A stretch of 30,957 nucleotides of DNA from Bdellovibrionia bacterium (GTDB lineage Bacteria; Bdellovibrionota; UBA1018): NCBI GenBank assembly GCA_045805065.1, contig JBJMMA010000180.1, forward strand, positions 1 to 30,957, in the 5' to 3' direction. The notes beneath the pieces were generated by a model, which was not told the origin of the DNA, ran no database searches, and saw only the letters and a list, made by a program, of their open reading frames with translations. Below are positions 9,964-20,292 of this stretch, piece by piece; positions within the stretch are counted from its first letter, which is position 1; every line of letters begins with the position of its first letter. The translations under genes were made by a program, and so were the position numbers.

Positions 9964-10703
9964 GAAATCTGATCTGGGTTTTGTTGGGTCTAGCGCCATT
10001 TTTTGCAACCGCAGCTGAAGTTCATGTTGCTGCAGCCTCGAACTTTACTCTGCCTCTGGAAAAACTCGCTGCCCAGTTTACTCAATCGACAGGTCATGAC
10101 CTTGTGATTAGCAATGGAGCCAGTGGAAAGTTCTTTGCGCAAATCGTGAATGGAGCCCCGTTTGAAGTGTTTCTTTCTGCGGATCAAGAGCATCCCAAGA
10201 AGCTGATTCAAGGAAAACAGGCGGTAGCGGGAACGGAGTTCACTTACGCTGTCGGAAAATTAATTCTCTGGAGTCCTCATTCGAAAAAGCTGGATCTGCA
10301 GACTGATGTTCTTAAGAAAGGTGAGTTTAAGCACCTCTCCATTGCCAATCCAAAGCTGGCACCTTACGGGCAGGCTGCAAAAGAAGCGCTGGAAAAAATG
10401 AGTCTTTGGAGGAAGCATCAGTCCCGAATCGTATTGGGAGAAAACATCACTCAGGCTCATCAATTCGTAGCCAGCGGAAACGCGGAGCTTGGCTTTATAG
10501 CACTCTCGCAAGTCATGAAAGATGGAAAAAAGCCTGAAGGGTCTTTTTGGATCGTGCCCCAGTCCATGTATTCAGCGATCAAGCAAGATGCTGTCTTGCT
10601 CGAAAAAGGAAAAGAAAATCTCGCTGCAAAGCAGTTCCTGGAATTTCTCAAGAGCAACCAGGCAAAGAAAATCATCGAACAATACGGATATGAGCTGCCC
10701 TGA
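9960..10703 (+). CDS. modA: Molybdate ABC transporter substrate-binding protein
   Basis: Signal peptide, VAAASNF, GASG, GAPFEVFLSAD, IANPKLAPYG and GENI motifs. Confidence 0.93.
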   Translation: MRNLIWVLLGLAPFFATAAEVHVAAASNFTLPLEKLAAQFTQSTGHDLVISNGASGKFFAQIVNGAPFEVFLSADQEHPKKLIQGKQAVAGTEFTYAVGKLILWSPHSKKLDLQTDVLKKGEFKHLSIANPKLAPYGQAAKEALEKMSLWRKHQSRIVLGENITQAHQFVASGNAELGFIALSQVMKDGKKPEGSFWIVPQSMYSAIKQDAVLLEKGKENLAAKQFLEFLKSNQAKKIIEQYGYELP

Positions 10704-11384
10704 ATGTGTCATGACGATTGTGTTCCAATTTGGCTGACGCTTAAATTGGCAACGATCAGTACGGTCTTGCTTCTATTGATTGGTACTCCCATCGCGTGGT
10801 GGCTTGCCCAGACTCGTTCCTGGCTCAGGGTGATCGTAGGTGCCATCGTCTCGCTGCCGTTGGTTCTTCCTCCTACCGTACTGGGCTTTTATCTTCTCGT
10901 ACTCATGGGGCCTAACGGTTGGATCGGTCAATTGACGAATGGTCTGGGAGTAGGGAGCTTGGCGTTCACGTTTCCCGGGCTCGTCATCGGGTCAGTCCTC
11001 TATTCGCTTCCGTTTGTAGTGCAGCCCATCCAGAACGCGTTTGAAGCGATGGGGCCGCGCCCTTTGGAGGTCGCGGCTACCCTAAGAGCCGGACCGTGGG
11101 ACAGGTTCTTCTCTGTAGCGGTGCCCATGGCCAGGCCCGGTTTTGTCACCGCATCGATTCTCGGGTTTGCTCATACCGTAGGCGAATTTGGCGTTGTGTT
11201 GATGATTGGCGGCAATATTCCAGGACGAACCAGGGTTCTCTCCGTGGCGATTTACGATCATGTTGAAGCCCTTGAGTATACAAAGGCCCATGGATTGGCT
11301 GCGGGGATGCTGGCATTTTCTTTTCTTGTACTCCTCGTGATGCACTCGCGGCGCCATCCACTCAAGATAGGAGGCGGATTTTGA
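10704..11384 (+). CDS. modB: Molybdate ABC transporter permease
   Basis: [15 protein letters not shown] and [20 protein letters not shown] motifs. Confidence 0.95.
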   Translation: MCHDDCVPIWLTLKLATISTVLLLLIGTPIAWWLAQTRSWLRVIVGAIVSLPLVLPPTVLGFYLLVLMGPNGWIGQLTNGLGVGSLAFTFPGLVIGSVLYSLPFVVQPIQNAFEAMGPRPLEVAATLRAGPWDRFFSVAVPMARPGFVTASILGFAHTVGEFGVVLMIGGNIPGRTRVLSVAIYDHVEALEYTKAHGLAAGMLAFSFLVLLVMHSRRHPLKIGGGF

Positions 11385-12130
11385 TTCAAGCCTCTTTTCA
11401 AACAAATCTGGGTGATTTCCGTTTAAATGCTCGGTTTGAAGTACCAGGCTCTGGAGTGACTGCTTTGTTCGGACGGTCAGGCTCTGGCAAAACGAGCATT
11501 CTGCGTTGTATGGCGGGCCTGAGTAAATCGGTTTCGGGCCACCTGATGATCAATGATGAGACGTGGCTGGATTCAACGCGAGGTATCTTTGTACAGCCTC
11601 ACTCAAGGCCCATAGGTTATGTGTTCCAAGAAGCAAACCTCTTTCCTCATCTTTCAGTGCGCAGGAATCTCCAGTACGGATGGAGTCGCGTAAAGAAATC
11701 AGGAGAGAAGCACGGGCACTTTGATTTCCTGGTCAGCCTATTAGGAATCGAAAGTCTTCTGGATCGCATGCCCGCTCATCTCTCCGGCGGAGAGCGCCAA
11801 CGCGTGGCGATCGCTCGAAGCCTGCTCACAAATCCAAAGGTTCTACTCTTGGATGAACCGATGAGTGCTCTCGATAGTGACAGCAAGTCCGAGATATTTC
11901 CCTACTTGGAACGACTCAAATTGGAAACGCAGATCCCCATGATCTATGTCAGTCACTCTGTGGAGGAAGTAGGGCGACTCGCTGACAGCGTGGCTCTGTT
12001 GGACAAGGGCCAGGTGGACGGAGTCATTTCAAAAGACGCATTTCTCGACCGTATGGATGTAAAAAGACCCGCCGTGGTTCCTTTTTCCGCATGCGTCTTC
12101 CTAAGCCCTATTCCTTTGAATAATTTCTGA
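11381..12130 (+). CDS. modC: Molybdate ABC transporter ATPase (short form without C-terminal TOBE)
   Basis: Walker [37 protein letters not shown] and VSH; only 249 aa. Confidence 0.9.
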   Translation: MIQASFQTNLGDFRLNARFEVPGSGVTALFGRSGSGKTSILRCMAGLSKSVSGHLMINDETWLDSTRGIFVQPHSRPIGYVFQEANLFPHLSVRRNLQYGWSRVKKSGEKHGHFDFLVSLLGIESLLDRMPAHLSGGERQRVAIARSLLTNPKVLLLDEPMSALDSDSKSEIFPYLERLKLETQIPMIYVSHSVEEVGRLADSVALLDKGQVDGVISKDAFLDRMDVKRPAVVPFSACVFLSPIPLNNF

Positions 12131-12138
12131 TCCGCTGT

Positions 12139-12708
12139 TTAAGCGGCGCGGGTCCGCGGTGATCGCTTTGCTCGCGTGCCGGTGGATTTTGCTGCAACAG
12201 ATTCTCTGATGCGTGGAGCGAGTACGAGTGCGAGTCCCAGGCTGGCCAGGCCACCCAACAGAAGGGCGCGCCGTCTTTGCGGACGAGCGAGCTTTCCTTT
12301 TTCTTTGAGCTCAATAGTGATGCCCATCTCACGGATTGGATTGCCCGCTTTTCCGGTCAGGACATCCTGGATGATATGCTCAACCATGTCGATGCGGTCA
12401 GCGAGAAGAAGCGTCGTCCAACGTGAAATCCAGCCCTCGGGCATCGAGTAGGCAATCCTGCGCATTTGCCCGCTCAAAAGCCTCGGTGGATTGGGCGTGC
12501 CGTACACAGGAGTCAGTTCATCTCGTGCCACGGTCTTTAAGTATTCGACCTTCTTGAATTGTGGCTCAGGAGTGGTCCAGTGAGCGCCGGTGCCGTTGGC
12601 CGGAGTTTTCTCCCGCGGAACCCCGGGGCGCATGGCAAAATCTAGGTCTGAGCCCCATCCAGGAATGCGGGCCTTGAGATCAGTTTCATTGATAGATTTG
12701 ATCGTCAT
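12139..12708 (-). CDS. Conserved hypothetical protein with C-terminal TM helix, partner of the Zn-dependent dehydrogenase
   Basis: IPGWGSDLD..RPGVP, TPVYGT and LLLADRID segments; start moved to ATG 12708 to avoid overlapping the upstream gene. Confidence 0.7.
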   Translation of the reverse strand: MTIKSINETDLKARIPGWGSDLDFAMRPGVPREKTPANGTGAHWTTPEPQFKKVEYLKTVARDELTPVYGTPNPPRLLSGQMRRIAYSMPEGWISRWTTLLLADRIDMVEHIIQDVLTGKAGNPIREMGITIELKEKGKLARPQRRRALLLGGLASLGLALVLAPRIRESVAAKSTGTRAKRSPRTRAA

Positions 12709-12731
12709 AGTCTTTATGCTCGCTTTCTCAG

Positions 12732-13883
12732 TTAGGCTGCTTTGGGCGGAATAAGCACGGTTTTGATGCACTCGTCGAGCTTGCTTGAGAACCGATGATA
12801 GGCCTCGGAAACATCTTCGAGCGGCACGCGGTGAGTGATCATATCGCTGGGTTTGACGTGGCCTGCGCGAATGTGCTCGATGAGTCTTGGTACGTAGCGT
12901 TTCACGTTGCATTGGTTCATTCGCATCGTGAGCCCTTTATTCATCGCAGCGCCCATAGGAACCATGTTCAGAGGGGGGCCATACACACCGACGATGGAGA
13001 CAACGCCTCCTTTACGTACGCTCTCAATAGCCCATTGAAGTGCCGTAGGAGCACCTCCCTGTACTTTAAGATGTACGCCGGTGATCGTGTGAAGAAGATT
13101 TCCGTCAGCCTCGGCTCCAACAGCGTCAATACAAACGTCGGCGCCCAGTCCATCGGTCATCTTCAAAATATGGAGACCTACGTCTTTGACTGACATGAAG
13201 TTCAGCGTTTCAGCATGAGCGAATTTCTTCGCAAACTCGAGGCGGTACTCAAGCTGGTCAACGACAATCACGCGACCTGCGCCCATGAGCCAGGCGGATT
13301 TAGCAGCGAAGAGACCTACGGGTCCCGCGCCAAAGACCACGACTGTGTCGCCTTTTTTGATTTCGCCCATTTCTGCGGCTTGATATCCCGTTGGAAAGAT
13401 GTCGGTCAGGAGGACTGCGTCGTCGTCCTGAATGTCTTCTGGAATCTTGAAAGGACACACGTCGGCAAATGGGACGCGCACGTACTCAGCCTGTCCACCG
13501 TCATAGCCGCCCGTGGTATGGGAATAGCCATAGAAGCCCGCCCCGATCGAGGCAGCGGGATTCGTGTTTTGGCAGTTTCCATAGAGCTCGCGCTGGCAAA
13601 AAAAGCAGGATCCACAACTAATGTTGAATGGGACTGCGACGCGGTCACCGACTTTGAGGTTTTTTACTGAGGGGCCGATTTGTTCAACAATGCCGATGAA
13701 CTCATGGCCAAAGGTCGTGCCGATTCGGGTATCCGGCATGAGGCCGTGATAGATATGAAGATCGGATCCGCAGATGCAGCTGCGCGTAACGCGGACGATT
13801 GCGTCGTTGGGATGCTCGATCTCCGGCATGGGTTTTTGGTCAATACGAACGCGGTAAGGCCCGCGGTAGGTCATGGCTAGCAT
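12732..13883 (-). CDS. Zinc-dependent alcohol dehydrogenase (formaldehyde dehydrogenase-like MDR family)
   Basis: ICGSDLH, GHEF, structural Zn CGSCFFC..C, DIFPTG and GAGPVG; SD GGGAG. Confidence 0.92.
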   Translation of the reverse strand: MLAMTYRGPYRVRIDQKPMPEIEHPNDAIVRVTRSCICGSDLHIYHGLMPDTRIGTTFGHEFIGIVEQIGPSVKNLKVGDRVAVPFNISCGSCFFCQRELYGNCQNTNPAASIGAGFYGYSHTTGGYDGGQAEYVRVPFADVCPFKIPEDIQDDDAVLLTDIFPTGYQAAEMGEIKKGDTVVVFGAGPVGLFAAKSAWLMGAGRVIVVDQLEYRLEFAKKFAHAETLNFMSVKDVGLHILKMTDGLGADVCIDAVGAEADGNLLHTITGVHLKVQGGAPTALQWAIESVRKGGVVSIVGVYGPPLNMVPMGAAMNKGLTMRMNQCNVKRYVPRLIEHIRAGHVKPSDMITHRVPLEDVSEAYHRFSSKLDECIKTVLIPPKAA

Positions 13884-14291
13884 GAGGACTCCCTAAAGTT
13901 GGTGTAATAAGATTTGGTGTCTCTGGAGCAGCAATGCAAAAGATAAACCTGCACGTCAGGCGGCCTAAGGCTTTGCCTTCACGCCTGGAGAGAGAATCGC
14001 GCCGTTAATTACTGCCTCACTCAGCACACATAAGAGCAGGAAGACTCTACTTGCAACTCCTCATGCACGAGACGGGTAATTCGACAATTCGTCAAAATCC
14101 AGCAAGCTGGTTTGGACATAAAATTGCAACCCATAACGTATTGTGCCAATAGTTTGTGTACGAATGGCAGACACCCCTCTGAATCAAGCCACTAGTAACT
14201 CATTTTATGTAGGTGTTTCAAAGCGCTTAACTCTTGTGCGCTCGGTCCAAGAGTTTGAGTTCTTCGCTTGCGTTACCTCGGGGAGGCTTTA

Positions 14292-17200
14292 ATGTCCTTG
14301 GGGTCTCAAAGCCGGAAGCGGCCCTTGATGTGCGTTGTCGCAATAGGTGGTTCGGCCGGTGCTCTTGAGTCCTACGAACGCTTTTTCCGGTCTCTTCCAA
14401 CGGATATTGCGGCTTCGTTTGTTGTCATCCAGCACATGCTTCCCAATCAAAAAACCTTGATGCCAGAGCTGCTTTCTCGTTGGACAAAACTCCCAATCGA
14501 GATCGCAAAGACAGGTGTCGTCCTTCAGCCGGGACATGTGTACGTCAGAGAGCCAGGCGTTCAACTCGAGCTTCAGGGAAATCAGTTTTTGAGCCATCGC
14601 TCCGAGAAGGCAGAACGCGAAGACCGCGTGATTGATTTCTTCATGAAATCTCTGGCCACAAACATCGGAGCACGATCCATTGGTGTGATTCTCTCGGGGA
14701 CAGGCGCGGATGGGACCAATGGCCTGCGCCAGATCCGAGCATGGGGAGGCAGGACGCTGGTTCAGGATCCTTCTGAGGCGAAATTTGACGGGATGCCGGA
14801 AAGTGCCATTCTGGCTGGAGTCACGGATCGGGTGATGCCAGTGGAAAAACTGGCCAGGGAGCTGAGTAGTTTCATTGAATGCACCCCTGTGATCGTGTCC
14901 GAGAAGGAACAAGCCTCGGAACTCGACAAAATATGCGAGATTTTGCGTAGAAAGACAGGACACGATTTCTCATCCTACAAAAAGGGGACGGTGGCTCGTC
15001 GCGTGGAAAGGCGGGTTCAGGCGAACCTCTTTTCGGAATTGACATCATACATCGAGTTTCTTGAGCAAGACCCTGCTGAACCTAAAGCTCTTCTTCGAGA
15101 CCTGCTCATCAGCGTGACTCAGTTTTTCCGAGATCCAGAGGCATTTGCGACAATCCGTGATCATGTCATTCCGAATCTGTTCGAGAATGTAAGTAGCAGC
15201 GATTCAGTTCGAGTCTGGGTCCCGGCCTGCGCAACCGGTGAAGAAGCTTATAGCATCGCCATTCTTCTTCGCAATTACCAGCAAGCGAAATGTCCTCATG
15301 TCAGCATCCAGATCTTCGCCACCGACGTGGACCGCGCAGCACTCGAGTACGCAAGGCAGGGCGTCTATCCGCCTTCCATTGAAAACCAGGTCCCTGTGGA
15401 AGAATTGGCCCGCCATTTTGAGAAGTATGAGAAAGGCTATCGGATCTCAGAAAGTCTGCGGGGAATTTGTATATTCTCGGAGCACAGTCTTCTTAAGCAT
15501 CCGCCTTTCTCGAAAATCGATTTTGTTTCCTGCAGGAACCTCTTTATCTACTGGGAGCCTGAGCTGCAGAACAAGATTATTCCCGTCTTTCATTATGCTT
15601 TGAACCCGGGAGGGTTCTTGTTTCTGGGTTCTGCCGAAAGTATCGGGGCGGCAAGTGATTTGTTCATGGTTGTTGACAAAAAGCACCGAATCTACAAACG
15701 AATTGATAATATCTCACGCAATTATCCATTTCTGCCGTTCGCCAATGCCATGACTCGTGCAGCCGCACCGATCGATATCATCCAGCGAACTCAGGGATCA
15801 GGGGAGCGCGATCCTGGCAAGTCGATTACTGCCGCGCTGCTCGAAAACTACGCTCCTCCGGCGTTTGTTGTCAGCGATATGGGGGAGATTGCTTATTTTT
15901 CAGGACAAACCTGGAAATACCTTGAGCCTGCCACGGGCGTTCCCAGTAACAATATTTTCGATTTGATCGCTCGTCCACTGAGGGCGGAGCTTCACGCGCT
16001 ATTGCATCTTTGCGTCAAAGATAAAAAAGAAACATTACATGAGGGCCTGCTTTTCGAAAGAGCAGGACTTGTGCAGAGGCTGAATCTTGCGGTCAAACCC
16101 ATGGCCGATCTGGCACATGATCCCGGTCTCTATCTTATCATATTGCAGGAGGTCGCGACTCCTCAGTCCAGGGACGAAGCAATGCGCGAAGGGGTGCGGC
16201 TGTCCAACGAAAATGCGATCGTTCAACAGCTCGAAGAAGAGCTTCGTGAGACTCGCGAGCGGCTCCAAAGTACCATCGAGGAAGTGAAATCCTCCAATGA
16301 AGAGCTCCTTTCCATGAACGAGGAGCTCCAATCAGCCAACGAAGAGCTTCAGACTTCGAAAGAAGAACTGCAGTCGATGAACGAAGAGCTTGAGACCGTG
16401 AACGCCGAGCTTGCTCAAAAAGTGGAGGAGCTTGACGCCTCCAATAGCGATCTGCAAAATTTCTTTCGCGGTACGCAGGTTCCCATACTTTTTCTGGATC
16501 GAGAGTTTCGAATTCAGAAATTCACTCCGGCGGCCATCAAAATTTTTCGCCTCATTCCGACGGATTTGGGACGAGGAATTCTCGATATTACCACTTTGCT
16601 TGAAGACGCCGACATTGTTGGAGACGGCAACCGGGTACTGGAAAATCTCCAGCCGATAGAGCGTGAATTACGCATGAAGGACCAGAGCGCAGTCTATCTC
16701 ATGAGGGTCGGTCCATACCGAACCATCAGCGATGTCATTGCCGGTGTGGTTGTCGCTTTTTCTGACATCACAGAAATCAAGAAGGCTCAGGAAACGCAGA
16801 GGACTCTTGCCGCCATCGTTGAATCCAGCTCGGACGCAATCGTAGGGCGCGATCTCAAGGGAAATGTGACCTCCTGGAATGCGGGTGCCGAGAAAGTTTT
16901 TGGCTTTAACGCGCGTGAAGCGGTCGGAAAGCCGATCACCTTGATTATTCCTCCGGATAAGCTCGAGGAGTTCCGCCGGCTGGAGCACTTGGTTCTTCAG
17001 GGCGAATCTGTAACGAACATCGACACAGAGCGGGTTCGCAAGGATGGGCGACGGATCTCGGTCTCCAAAACTATGTCGCCGGTTTGCGACGAGAAGGGCA
17101 AGATCATCGGACTTTCGGTCATTTATCGCGATATTTCAGATAAGAAGCGCGCAGAGGTTGAAAGCGCAAGGCTTGCGGCTATCGTCGAGTTCTCAAATGA

Positions 17201-18248
17201 TGCGATTGTCAGCAAGACTCTGACTGGAATCGTTACCAGCTGGAACGAGGCTGCCGCGGAGATGTTTGGGTATTCAGCCGACGAGATCGTGGGCAAGTCG
17301 ATCACTACAATAATTCCAAAAGACAGGCTCCACGAAGAGGATATGATCCTAACATCAATTAGCCGGGGGGAACCCATCCAGCATTACGAAACGGTGAGGC
17401 GCCGAAAGGACGGCGTTTTGATCAACGTTTCCGTGTCTGTTTCGCCGATCAAGAATGGCGAAGGCAAGATCATTGGGGCCGCCAAGATCGCACGCGATAT
17501 CACTCTTCAGAAAAAGACCGAAGCAGCCCTCCGGGAAGCGCTGAGAGTCCGGGATGAGTTCCTGTCGATTGCCTCTCATGAGCTGAAGACGCCGTTGACC
17601 TCGCTGAAGCTGCAGGTTCAGATGAGAAAGCGGCGCCTGCAGGCAGGGGATGAATCGGCGTTTTCAATGGAGAAACTCCGAAATCAAGTTGAGGGCGATG
17701 AGCAGCAAATCCTGCGGATTGCCCGGCTTATCGATGACATGCTCGATATTACGCGGATCAACACGGGGAAGCTGGCAATCCGCCCTGAGCCTTTCTTACT
17801 CGATGAGGTGGTGAGGGATGTGGCGACAAGGTTTCATGAGCAGCTGGTCCAAGCTGGAAGCACGCTCGAATTGGATATTCGCTCTCCTGTGCATGGCCAA
17901 TGGGATCGCTCCAGAATCGAGCAAGTGGTTTCGAACCTGATCAGCAACGCCATCAAGTACGGTGCTGGAAAGCCGATTCTGGTGAGAGTCGAGTCAGATG
18001 ACCGGTACGCCATGCTCACTGTTCAAGACCAGGGGATTGGCATCGCGAATGGAGACCAGGATCGCATCTTTGAACGGTTTGAAAGAGCGATTTCCATGAA
18101 TGAAGCCACAGGACTGGGGCTTGGGCTTTATATTGTAAAAGAAATTCTGGAAGCTCATGGGGGCACGATCCGGGTCGAAAGCGAACTTGGTAAAGGATCG
18201 CGCTTTATTGTGACGCTGCCTCTGGATGCTAAAGGACCATCGGTCTAA
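14292..18248 (+). CDS. CheB methylesterase-CheR methyltransferase-coiled coil-PAS-histidine kinase hybrid
   Basis: CheB S/H/D motifs (IGGSAG, IQH, GADG); CheR VTQFFRD, PACATGEEAYS, SCRN; NEELQS heptads; two AIVE.S.DAIV PAS domains; HELKTP H-box, NAIKY, DQGIGI and GLGLGL. GGGAGG precedes ATG 14292. Confidence 0.92.
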   Translation: MSLGSQSRKRPLMCVVAIGGSAGALESYERFFRSLPTDIAASFVVIQHMLPNQKTLMPELLSRWTKLPIEIAKTGVVLQPGHVYVREPGVQLELQGNQFLSHRSEKAEREDRVIDFFMKSLATNIGARSIGVILSGTGADGTNGLRQIRAWGGRTLVQDPSEAKFDGMPESAILAGVTDRVMPVEKLARELSSFIECTPVIVSEKEQASELDKICEILRRKTGHDFSSYKKGTVARRVERRVQANLFSELTSYIEFLEQDPAEPKALLRDLLISVTQFFRDPEAFATIRDHVIPNLFENVSSSDSVRVWVPACATGEEAYSIAILLRNYQQAKCPHVSIQIFATDVDRAALEYARQGVYPPSIENQVPVEELARHFEKYEKGYRISESLRGICIFSEHSLLKHPPFSKIDFVSCRNLFIYWEPELQNKIIPVFHYALNPGGFLFLGSAESIGAASDLFMVVDKKHRIYKRIDNISRNYPFLPFANAMTRAAAPIDIIQRTQGSGERDPGKSITAALLENYAPPAFVVSDMGEIAYFSGQTWKYLEPATGVPSNNIFDLIARPLRAELHALLHLCVKDKKETLHEGLLFERAGLVQRLNLAVKPMADLAHDPGLYLIILQEVATPQSRDEAMREGVRLSNENAIVQQLEEELRETRERLQSTIEEVKSSNEELLSMNEELQSANEELQTSKEELQSMNEELETVNAELAQKVEELDASNSDLQNFFRGTQVPILFLDREFRIQKFTPAAIKIFRLIPTDLGRGILDITTLLEDADIVGDGNRVLENLQPIERELRMKDQSAVYLMRVGPYRTISDVIAGVVVAFSDITEIKKAQETQRTLAAIVESSSDAIVGRDLKGNVTSWNAGAEKVFGFNAREAVGKPITLIIPPDKLEEFRRLEHLVLQGESVTNIDTERVRKDGRRISVSKTMSPVCDEKGKIIGLSVIYRDISDKKRAEVESARLAAIVEFSNDAIVSKTLTGIVTSWNEAAAEMFGYSADEIVGKSITTIIPKDRLHEEDMILTSISRGEPIQHYETVRRRKDGVLINVSVSVSPIKNGEGKIIGAAKIARDITLQKKTEAALREALRVRDEFLSIASHELKTPLTSLKLQVQMRKRRLQAGDESAFSMEKLRNQVEGDEQQILRIARLIDDMLDITRINTGKLAIRPEPFLLDEVVRDVATRFHEQLVQAGSTLELDIRSPVHGQWDRSRIEQVVSNLISNAIKYGAGKPILVRVESDDRYAMLTVQDQGIGIANGDQDRIFERFERAISMNEATGLGLGLYIVKEILEAHGGTIRVESELGKGSRFIVTLPLDAKGPSV

Positions 18249-18263
18249 GGTCGTTGAGGCGCT

Positions 18264-19373
18264 TTAAGTTTCACGGATCGCGTCCACGATGGTGAACTTC
18301 GGGTTTCGGGCGACGATGTCGCTGTTACCGAAAAGCTGTGCAAGCGCAGCCGGATACTGAAGATGCGAGTTGCCGATCACGCGAAGCCTGCCGTCGGGCT
18401 TGAGCGCGCGCCGCGCTTCGCGGAACATTTCAAGCGCGATGTCGTCACCAACTCGGGTTCCCTGATGAAAGGGAGGATTACAGAGCACAAGATCGACGGA
18501 GAGATCAGGTTGGCCTTCGCCGCCGTGGGACCAGCGAAACTCCGCTGTTTGCCCAGGAAAGAAATTTTCAAAGTTTGCCCGAGCACTCTGGATGGCCATC
18601 ATGGATTCATCGCTGAAGATGATGCTTGCTTCGGGATTCTGATGCTTCGCCGCGATTCCGATGATCCCGTTTCCGCAACCCAGATCCCAGATGACTTCCT
18701 TGGGGTGCGAACCCGGAAGTTGCTCGGGGAGATGCTGAAGAAAAAAGCGGGTGCCGATATCCAGTTGCTCCCGACTGAAGATATTCGAGAAATGGGTGAA
18801 AGGTTTTTCAAATCCTTCCATTGAAACTTGAAGCGGGTAGGGGGAGTAGCTGAGTCCCTGCTCAAATGGCGCGAAGATGAGCCGCGCTTTCTTTTTGGCG
18901 AGACTTGTATGAGTCGGCCCAATTCGTTTGGCCAGGAGCTCGAAGCTCGTATTGGCCTGATGCTTGATCATGTACCCGCAGATGACCTGCGCTCCGGGTT
19001 TAAGGTGCTGGCTCAGGTGGCAGAGCTCATCTTCAAAGAACGAAAGATTTTTCGGAAGCTTCATCACCGCCAAGTCAAAGGAGCCCGCTAGCTGTGTGAG
19101 GTCCGAAATCGGCTGGATGCCTTCTTGGGTATTGATCTGGATCGCTTTGGCGCTCAGATAGGAGTCCGTGTAGCAGACAGGGTTGAGATCCATCAGCTGG
19201 CGAGTCAGCGCCCCGAATGCATCGTTGAGGATCACGATCCGTTTGCCCGCCCAATCGGTCGAGCTCAGATGTTCCAGAAGAAGCTCGTCCGCGGCATCCC
19301 AGGCTTGGAGAAGCTCGCGTTTGCGAACTGGGTAGCGCTGGAGCGAATTGAAATCTTTTAAACCCTGGGGCAT
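18264..19373 (-). CDS. rlmG: 23S rRNA (guanine-N2) methyltransferase RlmG-like
   Basis: LQAWDAADELL, NDAFGAL, KKKARLIF, FSREQLDIGTRFF, DLGCGNG and NPPFHQ. Confidence 0.85.
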   Translation of the reverse strand: MPQGLKDFNSLQRYPVRKRELLQAWDAADELLLEHLSSTDWAGKRIVILNDAFGALTRQLMDLNPVCYTDSYLSAKAIQINTQEGIQPISDLTQLAGSFDLAVMKLPKNLSFFEDELCHLSQHLKPGAQVICGYMIKHQANTSFELLAKRIGPTHTSLAKKKARLIFAPFEQGLSYSPYPLQVSMEGFEKPFTHFSNIFSREQLDIGTRFFLQHLPEQLPGSHPKEVIWDLGCGNGIIGIAAKHQNPEASIIFSDESMMAIQSARANFENFFPGQTAEFRWSHGGEGQPDLSVDLVLCNPPFHQGTRVGDDIALEMFREARRALKPDGRLRVIGNSHLQYPAALAQLFGNSDIVARNPKFTIVDAIRET

Positions 19374-19401
19374 GGGGGAACGGTACCATTGAATTCAAAA
19401 C

Positions 19402-19437
19402 AAAAAAGCCCCGCTCATTGCTGAGCGAGGCTTTTTT
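19402..19437. terminator. Intrinsic terminator after tRNA-His (bidirectional form)
   Basis: AAAAAAGCCCCGCTCA-TTGC-TGAGCGAGGCTTTTTT. Confidence 0.85.
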
Positions 19438-19442
19438 AAAAA

Positions 19443-19520
19443 TGGGGTGACCAACGGGACTTGAACCCGCGACCCTCGGAATCACAATCCGATGCTCTAA
19501 CCAACTGAGCTACGGCCACC
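19443..19520 (-). tRNA. tRNA-His (GUG)
   Basis: Minus strand reads GGTGGCCGTAGCTCAGTTGGTTAGAGCATCGGATTGTGATTCCGAGGGTCGCGGGTTCAAGTCCCGTTGGTCACCCCA: cloverleaf, GTG anticodon, G-1/C73 and encoded CCA. Confidence 0.97.
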
Positions 19521-19544
19521 ACTAACGAGGTTGGAACTCGAACG

Positions 19545-19573
19545 GTTTTACGCGGTTCGGGCCTCGCTGTCAA
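19545..19573 (-). promoter_or_regulatory. Sigma70 promoter of tRNA-His
   Basis: Minus strand TTGACA-17 bp-TAAAAC, ~25 nt upstream of the tRNA. Confidence 0.7.
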
Positions 19574-19648
19574 CCGTCCTTGTCGGACGTTTTTCTTGAC
19601 TTGCGGCGGCCTAAGGCGGATTTTTAGTAGACCGGAGTATTATCGTCT

Positions 19649-20272
19649 ATGTTGTTGCACAAAAAAGGCTTTTTGGGTTCCCTCGGACTTTCCTTTGGAC
19701 TGCTTTTCTTGGCTGCTGGTTGGATAACCCCAGCTCAGGCGGGCGTCTTTAATATTCCCCATTTCGTCGAACCCGGGAACTTTGCCCTGGGTCTTGAGCC
19801 CGAGCTCTTTTTAACCCCCAGCGCGGGCCTGGGAATTAACGCCAAATACACTCATGGTCTGAACGACCTGATGAATGTCCAGGGCATCGTTGGAACGGGG
19901 GGCGGGCCCCGCCGGTTTCGCGTGGGTGGAAACCTGGTCTGGGACTTTGTTCCGGACATTGAAGGCCAGCCAGGAATTGGCCTTGCGACCCAGGCCCTTT
20001 ATTACCGGATTCCCGATGCGGGTCGGCTGGAGCTGACGGGTATTCCTTACATTCATAAAAACTTTCCTCAAGGCGAGGGTGAAGGCGTGGATCCTTACTT
20101 TGCCTTCCCCATTGGCTTTGCTTTTACTGACGGGGAGTACAAGACGATTTCGACCGCTGTCGTTGGAGTGCTTTGGAAAAAATCAGAGCATCTGAGCTAC
20201 ACGACCGAGCTTGGAATCAATATCAACCATGCCGCTACGTACTTTTCGGGCGGGATCACGTTCTATCACTGA
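19649..20272 (+). CDS. Hypothetical exported protein, probable small outer-membrane beta-barrel
   Basis: Signal peptide (..PAQA), alternating amphipathic strands, aromatic C-terminal strand YFSGGITFYH. Confidence 0.6.
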   Translation: MLLHKKGFLGSLGLSFGLLFLAAGWITPAQAGVFNIPHFVEPGNFALGLEPELFLTPSAGLGINAKYTHGLNDLMNVQGIVGTGGGPRRFRVGGNLVWDFVPDIEGQPGIGLATQALYYRIPDAGRLELTGIPYIHKNFPQGEGEGVDPYFAFPIGFAFTDGEYKTISTAVVGVLWKKSEHLSYTTELGININHAATYFSGGITFYH

Positions 20273-20292
20273 GAACGAAAGAGCAAAAAGAC

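Noticed and set aside
19443..19520. tRNA-His as an integration site for the left block
   Set aside because: No integrase and no duplicated tRNA 3' end were found. The short TGGGGTGA match near 8140 is inside GH65, and rlmG directly follows the tRNA.
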